Shown piece by piece: positions 37,653 through 47,183 of a stretch of DNA of 64,000 nucleotides. The stretch's first letter is position 1; every line of letters begins with the position of its first letter. The notes beneath the pieces were generated by a model that searched no databases, was not told where the DNA came from, and saw only the letters and a program-made list of their open reading frames with translations. The translations under genes and the position numbers were made by a program. Source of the DNA: an uncultured Thermoproteaceae archaeon (lineage in GTDB: Archaea; Thermoproteota; Thermoprotei; Thermoproteales; Thermocladiaceae); the NCBI GenBank assembly GCA_964575955.1, contig CAZNTG010000006.1, positions 1-64,000 of the forward strand, in the 5' to 3' direction.

Positions 37653-37685
37653 ACCCCGTAAGTATAGTTTAATTTATAGAGAATT

Positions 37686-38795
37686 ATGGTTGCTAAATCA
37701 AGACAGGAAGTATTGAAGATACTTGAAGATTGGGGTAGAAAGATAGTTGAACAGATTGAGAAAGGTCAAGAACCTGTACTTGAGATACCATCAAGAACAT
37801 TATCAAACACTGTCTGGGATCCTGTTAGAAAGATACTTGTTCTAGGTCCTGAAAAGATGAGACGTAGATTTCTCGATTTGAAAGAGTCTAGAAAGTTTAT
37901 GCAGACAATGTTGATGTTGAAACTTATTGTTGAAGCTATTAGAGAGAATGTATATCCAACTATAAGAGACCTATACTACAACGGTAAGCATACTATAGTG
38001 TATGTAGATGCTAGGAAGAAGGTATTTAAGGAGAATACTTGGGATGATCAACAGGAGTCTAATGCCGTTATTGAAGATATTGAGGTAGCTACAGGACTTC
38101 TAAGAGAAGAGATGGGTATATCAGCAGATGTGAAGGGTAAAGTTGTTGGTCCAATAATTGTGAGATCTAAAGGATTTGAAATTGATGCTACAAAACTTGG
38201 AGATGCTGCATTAAGTCTACCTCCAAATCCTGATGAGCTTGAAATTGTTAAAGTAGAGGCAAACTATGTCTTAGTAATTGAGAAAGACGCTATATTTCAA
38301 AGACTTAATAGAGAAGGTTTTTGGAAAGATGAAAATTGTCTTCTAGTAACTGCTAAAGGAATGCCTGATAGAGCTACTAGAAGATTCATAAGGAGATTAA
38401 GTGAGGAGTTTAAACTTCCTGTCTATGTTCTAACTGATGCAGATCCATATGGATGGTACATATATAGTGTCTATAGGAGTGGATCTATAAAGCTGAGTTA
38501 TGAAAGTGAAAGACTTGCAACACCAGATGCCAAATTTGTAGGTGTAACAGCAACAGACATAATAAACTACAAGATAAGTGATGAATATGTTATTGCAGCA
38601 ACAGATAGAGACATTAAGAGAGCACATGAATTGTTGAGATATCCATGGTTTCAGAGTGATGCATGGAAGAAGGAGATACAACTATTCTTAAAGATGAAGA
38701 AGAAGGTTGAGATTGAGGCATTATCAACACATGGATTGAAATTCCTACATGACTACCTGAAAGATAAGATTCACGGAAGGAAGTGGATTGAGTAG
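37686..38795 (+). CDS. top6A: DNA topoisomerase VI subunit A
   Basis: TIRDLYY catalytic Tyr, IEKDA, GMPDRATRRF, DADPYG, EIEAL. Confidence 0.97.
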   Translation: MVAKSRQEVLKILEDWGRKIVEQIEKGQEPVLEIPSRTLSNTVWDPVRKILVLGPEKMRRRFLDLKESRKFMQTMLMLKLIVEAIRENVYPTIRDLYYNGKHTIVYVDARKKVFKENTWDDQQESNAVIEDIEVATGLLREEMGISADVKGKVVGPIIVRSKGFEIDATKLGDAALSLPPNPDELEIVKVEANYVLVIEKDAIFQRLNREGFWKDENCLLVTAKGMPDRATRRFIRRLSEEFKLPVYVLTDADPYGWYIYSVYRSGSIKLSYESERLATPDAKFVGVTATDIINYKISDEYVIAATDRDIKRAHELLRYPWFQSDAWKKEIQLFLKMKKKVEIEALSTHGLKFLHDYLKDKIHGRKWIE

Positions 38796-38798
38796 GAC

Positions 38799-39455
38799 AT
38801 GGATAAGATTCTACTTGCTAAAGGTGCGGAAGCTGAACTCTATCTTGAAGATTGGCTTGGTATAAAGACAGTTCTTAAATGTAGGATATGTAAGAAGTAT
38901 AGAAATCCAGAACTTGACTATAAGATTAGGAGGAGAAGAACGTTATGTGAAGTTAGAAATATGTTAAAAGCTAGAAAACTTGGTATAAATGTACCACATG
39001 TTCTTGAGTTAGATTTGTCAAGATTGTGTATAAGACTTGAATATATTGAAGGTATAAATCTTAGAGATTTAACGAGAGAGTTAGATGATAAATTGCTTGA
39101 AGATTTATATAGTGAGGTTGGGAAAATTGTTGGAAAGCTACATCTTAATGGTATAATGCATGGAGATTTAGCATTAACAAACTTCATATATTCTAAAGGT
39201 AGATTGTATGTAATAGACTTTGGTTTAAGTTATGATTTTCAACAAGTGTTTGATAAGAAGCGTATAAATCTATGTGCTAGAGATATAAATGTATTATTGA
39301 GAAATTTAGAGGCAAACTTTGGAGATAGAGGATTAAGGTTATTTCAACATTTTCTAAATTCCTATTCAGAAGTTTTAGGTTTTGAAATTGCTAAAAATGT
39401 TGTTAAAGAAGTTAAGAGAATTAGAAGTATGGCTAGGTATGCTGTGAGAGTCTAG
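38799..39455 (+). CDS. bud32: KEOPS complex kinase Bud32
   Basis: KGAEA, KKYRNPELD, HGDL..TN, IDFGL, C-terminal ARY. Confidence 0.92.
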   Translation: MDKILLAKGAEAELYLEDWLGIKTVLKCRICKKYRNPELDYKIRRRRTLCEVRNMLKARKLGINVPHVLELDLSRLCIRLEYIEGINLRDLTRELDDKLLEDLYSEVGKIVGKLHLNGIMHGDLALTNFIYSKGRLYVIDFGLSYDFQQVFDKKRINLCARDINVLLRNLEANFGDRGLRLFQHFLNSYSEVLGFEIAKNVVKEVKRIRSMARYAVRV

Positions 39456-39497
39456 CTTTGGAGAAGATTTATAAGATAATTATATTCTGACTTTCTC

Positions 39498-39956
39498 GTG
39501 CCACATAGGTCTAGACATAAGAAAGGTAGAAGTAGCTCAACTAGACCTGTAACTAAGACACCACCAGGATGGGTTAGATATACTCCAGAACAGATTGAAC
39601 AGTTGATAGTTGAACTTGCTAGGAGAGGATTTACACCATCTATGATTGGTATAATACTTAGAGATCAATATGGAATACCACTAGTTAAGCCAATTTTAGG
39701 TAAGTCAATAACTGAAGTACTTGAAGAGCATGGTCTTGCACCTCAAATACCTGAAGATTTGATGTTTCTAATTAGGAAGGCTATAAAGATTAGAAAGCAC
39801 CTAGAAGAGCATCCAAAAGATATGTCTGCTAAAAGAGGATTAATACTTACAGAATCTAAGATTAGAAGACTCGTAAAGTATTATAAGAGGGTTGGTAAAT
39901 TACCTCAAGACTTCGAGTATAGACCTGAACAGTTCATGCATATGATGGCTATGTAA
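39498..39956 (+). CDS. rps15: 30S ribosomal protein uS15
   Basis: [31 protein letters not shown]. Confidence 0.97.
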   Translation: MPHRSRHKKGRSSSTRPVTKTPPGWVRYTPEQIEQLIVELARRGFTPSMIGIILRDQYGIPLVKPILGKSITEVLEEHGLAPQIPEDLMFLIRKAIKIRKHLEEHPKDMSAKRGLILTESKIRRLVKYYKRVGKLPQDFEYRPEQFMHMMAM

Positions 39957-39960
39957 AATA

Positions 39961-40989
39961 ATGAGCACTAGTATAGATTTAACATCAAGTCCACTACTAA
40001 TCTTAACTCGTCGAGATCCTATCTGCATATTCTACTCAATAGCTCTAACATATCTGAGATTGAGAAGAAGATTAATAACACATGTATCATTTGTAGATTC
40101 TATATTTAATACAGTAGTTGAAGATTTTACACAACATTACGATACAGTACTACTATTAGACATATGTACAGAGTTTAATACAAGAATGTTAAACAACTTT
40201 AAAAATGTTAGAAAATTGTTAATAAATGAAGAATCAATATCACAACTACTAGAACTTTCAACTGGTGATGCAAAGATTAGGAATTTAGTAGAGATTTGTA
40301 AAATATTGTATATCTATGAAAAACCTGAAATATATCAGGATGAGATTAAAGTAGAAACTTTAGACCATCTAAATATACCACCACTTCCAGGTGTTACATA
40401 TCTAGATTTTGAAAAATCTATCAAATTATGCATAATACCATACATACCAGACATTACCGGTTCAGATAGTGTAGATATAGATTTATCAAAAAATATTGAA
40501 GATATTATTAGACATATAAGTGAGAAGATTATCAGAAATAAATTCTCTGGTGTTATGTTAGATTCATGGTTATGTGGTACATATCTTCTAAAGAATGGAT
40601 CACCGATTCAAGATATTTTACTATTTCTAGAATCATCACTACGATATGAATATTATATAAACATGGTAGACATTCTTAATCAAAGTAAGTTATTAGATAA
40701 TGATAGGGTATTTAATACATGTTTTAAGTATGTTAAAGAGATTTCTAACATAGTTCAGGAAGTATTGAAGAATAATACACTAACTTTTGAAGTTGATAAT
40801 TCAGTACTATTTTATAGACTTATGAAGATCTTGAGATTTTATAGAAAGTGGAAAGATGTTAAAATAATATTTAAACCTAGGAGAGATGTTAAGTGTGTTG
40901 CTTCTGGTAGTTTAGATATGTCTAAATCTAGAGAGTATTCAATATATGAGAAGGATGGTGTATACATATTCTGCTATGAGGAAAGCTAA
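39961..40989 (+). CDS. Hypothetical protein at the syntenic position of the RecJ/DHH-like gene, probably degenerate
   Basis: Sits in the usual archaeal rps15-DHH-pcc1-rps3ae order; PYIPDITG resembles that family but no DHH motif is visible. Confidence 0.55.
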   Translation: MSTSIDLTSSPLLILTRRDPICIFYSIALTYLRLRRRLITHVSFVDSIFNTVVEDFTQHYDTVLLLDICTEFNTRMLNNFKNVRKLLINEESISQLLELSTGDAKIRNLVEICKILYIYEKPEIYQDEIKVETLDHLNIPPLPGVTYLDFEKSIKLCIIPYIPDITGSDSVDIDLSKNIEDIIRHISEKIIRNKFSGVMLDSWLCGTYLLKNGSPIQDILLFLESSLRYEYYINMVDILNQSKLLDNDRVFNTCFKYVKEISNIVQEVLKNNTLTFEVDNSVLFYRLMKILRFYRKWKDVKIIFKPRRDVKCVASGSLDMSKSREYSIYEKDGVYIFCYEES

Positions 40990-41257
40990 TTTGAAAATTT
41001 GTGTAAATATTGATCTAGATTCTGTAGATATGTGCGAATCTTGTTGTAGATCTATTAAAGTTGATAATGTTGATATACCTAAATGTATTAAGAGTATTGA
41101 TGTTTACTGTCGTGATAATATTCTAGTTTTATCTCTTGATTGTGAAGTTTTTGAAAGTAGAGATATACTAACTATATGGTCTACTATTGATGATATAGTT
41201 AGATGTGTTAAAGCTGCTATTACGAGTATTAGAGAAGTTGAGAGGAAAAGAATTTAA
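40976..41257 (+). CDS. KEOPS complex subunit Pcc1-like
   Basis: SIKVDN...STIDDIVRC pattern, size, and position before rps3ae. Confidence 0.65.
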   Translation: MRKANLKICVNIDLDSVDMCESCCRSIKVDNVDIPKCIKSIDVYCRDNILVLSLDCEVFESRDILTIWSTIDDIVRCVKAAITSIREVERKRI

Positions 41258-41282
41258 TAACTCTATACTCTGTCTTTGCTGA

Positions 41283-41921
41283 ATGTCTTCAGCACATAAG
41301 TCATTGATAGGGAAATGGGCACTTAAGAAGTGGTTTATAGTACATGCACCACCTGCACTTAAGTGTGTAGAGATTGGTGAAGTTCCAGCTGATAGTCCTG
41401 AAAAGCTTCTAAATAGGACAATTGAGATAAGTCTATTTGAACTTACTAGAGATCTATCTCACATACCTATAAAATTGAAGTTTCAAATATATAGAGTAGA
41501 GGGTGAACATGCATATACAAGATTTAAGCTACAGGAACTTACGAGAGATTATGTAAAATCTCTTGTTCGTAGAGGATCTTCAAAAATTGTAACTATTCAT
41601 GATGTTACAACACCTGATGGTGCTAAGATGAGAATTCAAGTTTTGGCAATCACAGCTTATAGATGTAATACAAGTCATAAGAAGGCTATTAGAGCAATTA
41701 CAAGAGAGAGACTAGATTACTACTCGAAAATTCTAAACTTCGATAACTACATGCTAGCTCTCATATTTGGAACAATAGCACAGGACGTGTTAGTACATGC
41801 TAAAAAGATATATCCATTAAGGAAGGTTGAGATATTGAAAGTCAAAGTACTGGACTATCCTGAACAGTTCAAGAAGTTGGAAGTTGTTGAAAAACCTGTT
41901 GCTGAAGCTGTTCAAGAATAA
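41283..41921 (+). CDS. rps3ae: 30S ribosomal protein eS1 (S3Ae)
   Basis: KKWFIVHAP, LTRDYVKSLVRRGSSKI, KKIYPLRKVEILK. Confidence 0.96.
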   Translation: MSSAHKSLIGKWALKKWFIVHAPPALKCVEIGEVPADSPEKLLNRTIEISLFELTRDLSHIPIKLKFQIYRVEGEHAYTRFKLQELTRDYVKSLVRRGSSKIVTIHDVTTPDGAKMRIQVLAITAYRCNTSHKKAIRAITRERLDYYSKILNFDNYMLALIFGTIAQDVLVHAKKIYPLRKVEILKVKVLDYPEQFKKLEVVEKPVAEAVQE

Positions 41922-41923
41922 TT

Positions 41924-42571
41924 TTAATACTCTTCCTCACCTTCAATAACATCTCTCCATTCAACTCCAACATCTTCTCTAAACATAGATCCAACACCAG
42001 ATACAAGTTCTTCAAGTTTTCTACGTCTCATCTCTCTTCTCCATGACTGTAATCTTCTATACACTGTTGCATGTTGTCTACCTCTTATCAGTAATTCTAT
42101 TGCTTCTCTAGCAGCTTTAGCATTTTCATACTCTCCAATAATTGCAACAGCTTTATCAGATACTACTATCTTAGTACCTGAAAGTTCTTCAATAGTCTTT
42201 CTAGCTCTACCTTCTTCACCAATTACTCTACCTTTAATTCTAATTAGATGATTTATCTTTGACTTATCTATATAATCTCTAAAATCTATAACCATCAACA
42301 CGTAGTTAGGCTTTTTCAACTCTAGTGCAGTATTTATATCAAATCCGTAGTTTAATGCTTCAATAACTTCTTTAGCTTTCATAATTTGATTAAGGCTGGT
42401 GTTTTCCTTAGGTTCAATAATTACCTGACCTGTTGGGTCAATACTTATCTTAACATTCAACTCTCTCTCAAGAATATCTTTATGTTTCTCAACATATCTA
42501 AGTCTATTCCTATCCATACTAATCACAATTCTACCTCTAACACCATCTACAGACCAGGTATTTATAGACAT
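41924..42571 (-). CDS. KH-domain rRNA processing protein (Dim2/Pno1-like)
   Basis: RIKGRVIGEEGRARKTIEELS, GRQHATVYRRL. Confidence 0.92.
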   Translation of the reverse strand: MSINTWSVDGVRGRIVISMDRNRLRYVEKHKDILERELNVKISIDPTGQVIIEPKENTSLNQIMKAKEVIEALNYGFDINTALELKKPNYVLMVIDFRDYIDKSKINHLIRIKGRVIGEEGRARKTIEELSGTKIVVSDKAVAIIGEYENAKAAREAIELLIRGRQHATVYRRLQSWRREMRRRKLEELVSGVGSMFREDVGVEWRDVIEGEEEY

Positions 42572-42629
42572 AGATTACACTACGATTAGCATATTTATTA
42601 AGCTGATCTTAAGAAGATCCTTAGATCGT

Positions 42630-43592
42630 TTAGAGTGTTGACATTATTGAATCAAATATTAAGTAGAATATTACAGATATCAGAGGTGAGTACAGTATTG
42701 CTAACAATAGTGCAATTCCATAAACATTAAAGTATGGAGGTTTCATAAATGCTAACATTTTCTGCATAAATCCAGTGACACCTATGGGGATACCCGCAAA
42801 TAATAGTTGTGGTAGTGTAAACGCTGCATATATTATCAATATTAATGATGGTGCTAGAAATGCCATTATTGAATATGTCTGAAATAGCAGTGTAAGTGTT
42901 GTTAATACTTGTCTCAGTCTTAAGAACTTATCCCTAACAAGAACATTCAACTTCTGCAATATTATTCTCTCAGGTTCAGTTGTAAGTTGAATACTTTGAA
43001 TTAATGCAGACATGACATCTTTATACACTATAGATCTTGTTCTATCTATACTCCTCTTTATAGCTGTTATAATATCAACACCAAGCATACAATCTTTTAA
43101 AATAAGTCCAAGCTCATGTCTAATTTCAGGATCTTTCTCAACTTGATAAAGCCTAGTCAACACCTCTATCAATGGTGCAGATGTTGCTAATAGTGGAACC
43201 ATATATGATACAGTATATAGAAACCTCTCGTTTAGATGTGTGTCCCTTCTATAAATTTTCATTAAAACATTACCTAAGAGCCCTACTAAAGCCATGAATA
43301 GTCCCATTAAAGTTATCGATGCTGTCAATATTACATATTTCAATATTACCATTCTAGTTATTGTGTAGAGTATTGATAATCCTATACATATTGGTGTAAA
43401 TAGTATTATACTGTAAAGTATTGATAGTAGTAGATATTTAAATAAGTTCTTATTTATTCTATATCCTGTATATTCATAAAATCTATTAGATATATTTTCT
43501 GAAAATGTGTTAAGTATTCTAGCTATATTTCTTACATGTACTAATATTCTAGTGAACTTTAATACCCTCTTAAGGTTACTTGTCTTCATCAA
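42630..43592 (-). CDS. Type IV pilus membrane platform protein (TadC / T2SS F family)
   Basis: Multi-TM; GVDIITAI...S pattern; downstream of the pilus ATPase. Confidence 0.8.
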   Translation of the reverse strand: MMKTSNLKRVLKFTRILVHVRNIARILNTFSENISNRFYEYTGYRINKNLFKYLLLSILYSIILFTPICIGLSILYTITRMVILKYVILTASITLMGLFMALVGLLGNVLMKIYRRDTHLNERFLYTVSYMVPLLATSAPLIEVLTRLYQVEKDPEIRHELGLILKDCMLGVDIITAIKRSIDRTRSIVYKDVMSALIQSIQLTTEPERIILQKLNVLVRDKFLRLRQVLTTLTLLFQTYSIMAFLAPSLILIIYAAFTLPQLLFAGIPIGVTGFMQKMLAFMKPPYFNVYGIALLLAILYSPLISVIFYLIFDSIMSTL

Positions 43593-43621
43593 ATTTTTGT
43601 GTATAGTATATTCAACTCCTT

Positions 43622-45193
43622 TTAAGGTATTACTCCTGAAATAACCTTAAAGTAAGTATCTTCGGGATTTATGTGATAGCTTCTAAAGATTCTAAATACT
43701 GTTGCTGGATCTCTAAAGTTGTATCTTGCCATTGCTTCTAGAATTTCTTTACGTCTTTGAACTTCATTAATTAGATTTTCATATGGTACGAGCCTGACCT
43801 CTGCAATTTCTTTCAATAGCTCGCTCTCCTCATATTTTTCAACTCTATCTGTGAGTGGATTGTATTTGTATGGTGTTATAAATCTTGGTTTACCATTTTC
43901 AAATCCTCTAAATTCTTTAATTTCTATTACTCTTCTAACGATTCTATCGAATATTCTAACTCTCTGAATATTGCAAAATACATGAGCCATTCTTAACAAT
44001 CTTTTAGGCACATTCATAGGTTTTGTTGTTAATCTCATTATTGCTGCCTCTACAGTATCTGCATGCAGTGTTGTTAATCCTGCATGTCCACTTGCAAATG
44101 CTTGAAATAGTGCATATGCCTCTTCACCTCTAATCTCACCAATAACTAGGTAGTCTGGTCTTATTCTCATTGAGACTTTTATAAGGTCGAACTGTGTTAT
44201 CTCTCTAACCTGTGGATTGAATGATGGTCTTGTAAGTAATGGAACCCACTGTTCATGTGGAATATTTATCTCTCTAGTATCTTCAATAGTGACTATTCTA
44301 ACTTCAGGACGTATCAAGTATAGTAGTGAGTTTAATAATGTCGTCTTACCACTACCTGTAGGTCCAATAATTACAACATTAAACTTATAATCGATGACAG
44401 TCCATAGATATGCTGCTGCTTCAGCACTTATAGTTCCAGCCTTTATTAAGTCCACTATTGTGAATGGTTCAGTTCTAAACTTTCTAATATTTATACAATG
44501 TCCAAGTGGTGCAATATCACTTAGAGCTGCTTCAACTCTAGCAAAATTACCTATAAGACCTTCAAGTATTGGATTAGCACTACTTACATTTCTCTTTACA
44601 ATTTGTGAAATTTTTACGATATAATTATATATTTCCTCGGCAGTTTCAAATTTTACATTTGTCCTAAGATGCTCATAATAGCTATGCCATACATATACAT
44701 ACCTTCCAGGACCATTAACATTGATATCTTCAATATATGGATCACGCATTAATGGATCAAGCTTTCCAAATCCAACAACATCTCTCATTATGTAGTACAT
44801 GTACTTTCTCAATACTGAGTCAGGTATGTCTAATTTGAGCTTCTTAATAGCATCTTTAACATATCTTTCTAATCTCTCTTCAGGAAACGAGGTTCTTCCA
44901 GTTAAAACGTCATCTAAGATCTTTCTATCTTTCATAATTATATCTCTGACAAACTCTCCAATCAATTCTAGATTCTTCACATCTTCATCTGTTAATGGTG
45001 GTTCAACAACATTGTATACTAGAACACCTTCTTTCTCATCTCTATAAATTATGACATAGACAAATCCAGGAATTACACTATATACATCTCTGAGAAGTAT
45101 CGCACTTTTACTCTCTAGAATCTTTTGAATATGTTCCTCCTTAACTTCTGTTTGTGACGTTGCTTTAATCACGTTTCTACATTTATTTTTCAA
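43622..45193 (-). CDS. Type IV pilus / archaellum-family assembly ATPase
   Basis: DPYIEDI, IRKF, GPTGSGKTT, TIEDTREI, RPDYLVIGEIRGEEA, GHAGLTTLHA. Confidence 0.94.
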   Translation of the reverse strand: MKNKCRNVIKATSQTEVKEEHIQKILESKSAILLRDVYSVIPGFVYVIIYRDEKEGVLVYNVVEPPLTDEDVKNLELIGEFVRDIIMKDRKILDDVLTGRTSFPEERLERYVKDAIKKLKLDIPDSVLRKYMYYIMRDVVGFGKLDPLMRDPYIEDINVNGPGRYVYVWHSYYEHLRTNVKFETAEEIYNYIVKISQIVKRNVSSANPILEGLIGNFARVEAALSDIAPLGHCINIRKFRTEPFTIVDLIKAGTISAEAAAYLWTVIDYKFNVVIIGPTGSGKTTLLNSLLYLIRPEVRIVTIEDTREINIPHEQWVPLLTRPSFNPQVREITQFDLIKVSMRIRPDYLVIGEIRGEEAYALFQAFASGHAGLTTLHADTVEAAIMRLTTKPMNVPKRLLRMAHVFCNIQRVRIFDRIVRRVIEIKEFRGFENGKPRFITPYKYNPLTDRVEKYEESELLKEIAEVRLVPYENLINEVQRRKEILEAMARYNFRDPATVFRIFRSYHINPEDTYFKVISGVIP

Positions 45194-45362
45194 GTGAAGA
45201 GTTTATTTTCTTTAATCTTTATTCACATACATAGGGACTACAATACGTATTAAGTTTAGAGTTAAAAGACTTAAAAAAAGAGAGGAGAGAAGACCTCGAA
45301 GAATTGCTATAGAGCAAATTATCAAACTACCATTATACATTTTAGTACTTTTATGCATATTA

Positions 45363-46217
45363 ATGGTAGCTATGCAATCTTTGAAGAAAAGTCCAATCGT
45401 GTTTACGGCAGTGATTCTCAATAAGACGTTTAGAATACCCTATTCTCCATTTGAACCAAGGTTTGTATTAGAACTAATATTTCTATCGATAGCACTTGTT
45501 AGTCCAGTAGCCTTCTATGAGTATAGTAGATACAAACTTCTATATAGAATTGAAGATCAGCTACCTGTAGTTACTAGAATTATTGCTGATGCTCTAAGAA
45601 CAGGAACAGTAATTGAAGATGCGATACAACTTATCGCCAGAAGTGGTATTAGTCCTATAAATAAGATATTAGGGAAAGCACTTGTATTAAGTAGATATAG
45701 ATCTATACCAATAACTGAATCTATAAGAATTTTAGGAAATAGTATTGGTGCTGAACAACTTGTCAGATTTGCAGACCTTATAGAACTCGCGTATAGGTAT
45801 GGTGCAAGAGCTGAAGAAATCTTAGAGGTGGCTGCAAGTACCATGGAATCAATACAGACTTACAAAAGGGAAAGAATGGTAAATCTTAGACCATATGTAG
45901 CACTCATATACATGATAGTATTCGTATACTTGTTCATATGTGGTATAATTGCTGTCCTCTCAGCTCTACACATTACAAACCCTATGGGTCATGTAAAGAT
46001 GAGCATTAACGAGACTACATTAAACATGATGTTGTCAGTTGTTGAATATATAACTCTAATAAATGTTGCAGGTGCATCATTAGTCATTGGTAGAATAGTT
46101 TATGAAAGACCACTTGCAGGCCTGATACACTACGTCATATTAGCACCAACAACATACTTCACATTAATAGTAATGAAAGCACTTCTAATCAGGATGCTAA
46201 TTCCTGGAGTAGTATAG
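45363..46217 (+). CDS. Second TadC / T2SS F family platform protein
   Basis: IEDQLP..IADALRTG, R...LRPY, TM helices; the frame is open upstream to about 45216, so the true start may be earlier. Confidence 0.82.
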   Translation: MVAMQSLKKSPIVFTAVILNKTFRIPYSPFEPRFVLELIFLSIALVSPVAFYEYSRYKLLYRIEDQLPVVTRIIADALRTGTVIEDAIQLIARSGISPINKILGKALVLSRYRSIPITESIRILGNSIGAEQLVRFADLIELAYRYGARAEEILEVAASTMESIQTYKRERMVNLRPYVALIYMIVFVYLFICGIIAVLSALHITNPMGHVKMSINETTLNMMLSVVEYITLINVAGASLVIGRIVYERPLAGLIHYVILAPTTYFTLIVMKALLIRMLIPGVV

Positions 46218-46223
46218 GGTACT

Positions 46224-47183
46224 TTACTCTGATTGCTCTGGAAATATTTTTCTAACAGCTTTTTCAAGTTCATCTTCTAGAGAGACATCATTATTCCCTA
46301 TAGTTATAACGTGTACTTTAGGTTTACCAGCTGCTATGGCTGAGCATGACATCTCCATACTACTGATAGCTGACTCATCACATAGCAATATGATATTCTT
46401 TGTTTCCGGAATGTCTAGTAGAAAACTTGTGAACAGTGTCGCATCTCTTTCAGATAGTATGAAAAACACGTAGGCTTCTCTGCTTCCTCTTATCAGAATT
46501 GCAGGTACTTTATGATCGACTCCTGACATTCCTTTGACATTTACATCGAACTTTACATCAATTCCATACTTATCAGCTACATTAAGTATAACATTTTTAA
46601 TATAATCCCTAATAAATACCCTTCTAGCTTTCTCAAACTCTTTAGCTTCAATAGCATACTGAGGTATTCTTTTAACTCTAGCCTCCTTAAGTGTGAATAT
46701 CAGTCCACAACTTAAACATCTTATCTTCAGTGATGGTGTTTCAAATCTAGCACCACAATTCTCACATACAAACACCTTACCGTATATCCTAATCTCTGAC
46801 TCACTAATAATCTTCTCACCACATCCGGGACATATCATTTCACCACTCTTGTTAAATTCTTGTGTAAATCCAATATATCCACATTTTACATGTGCTATAA
46901 GTTCAGCGATGTCAACATCATTGGAACCACATCTAGGACATACGGGTAGTAGTGCAAGAACGTGATCACCGCAGGATGGGCATGATATTATACCTATAAA
47001 ACCTATCTGTACTAGAAGTCCAAGCTCTCTCATTCTTTGAATACTCTCCTCAGAAAGTACACTATCACCAACGTAGTACTTTATGCCCGACTTATCGATC
47101 TCTGTTATAACAGTCTTAGAGTTTCCTTGAATAAGCCTAGTTAACACCTGCGAAATGTCACTAAGCTTCTTTTCGTTTGACAT
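46224..47183 (-). CDS. TackOD1-like multi-Cys metal-binding protein with a C-terminal nuclease-like domain
   Basis: CPSCG, CPRCGS, HVKCG, CPGCG, CENCG, CLSCG series; then VKGMSGVDH. Confidence 0.75.
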   Translation of the reverse strand: MSNEKKLSDISQVLTRLIQGNSKTVITEIDKSGIKYYVGDSVLSEESIQRMRELGLLVQIGFIGIISCPSCGDHVLALLPVCPRCGSNDVDIAELIAHVKCGYIGFTQEFNKSGEMICPGCGEKIISESEIRIYGKVFVCENCGARFETPSLKIRCLSCGLIFTLKEARVKRIPQYAIEAKEFEKARRVFIRDYIKNVILNVADKYGIDVKFDVNVKGMSGVDHKVPAILIRGSREAYVFFILSERDATLFTSFLLDIPETKNIILLCDESAISSMEMSCSAIAAGKPKVHVITIGNNDVSLEDELEKAVRKIFPEQSE

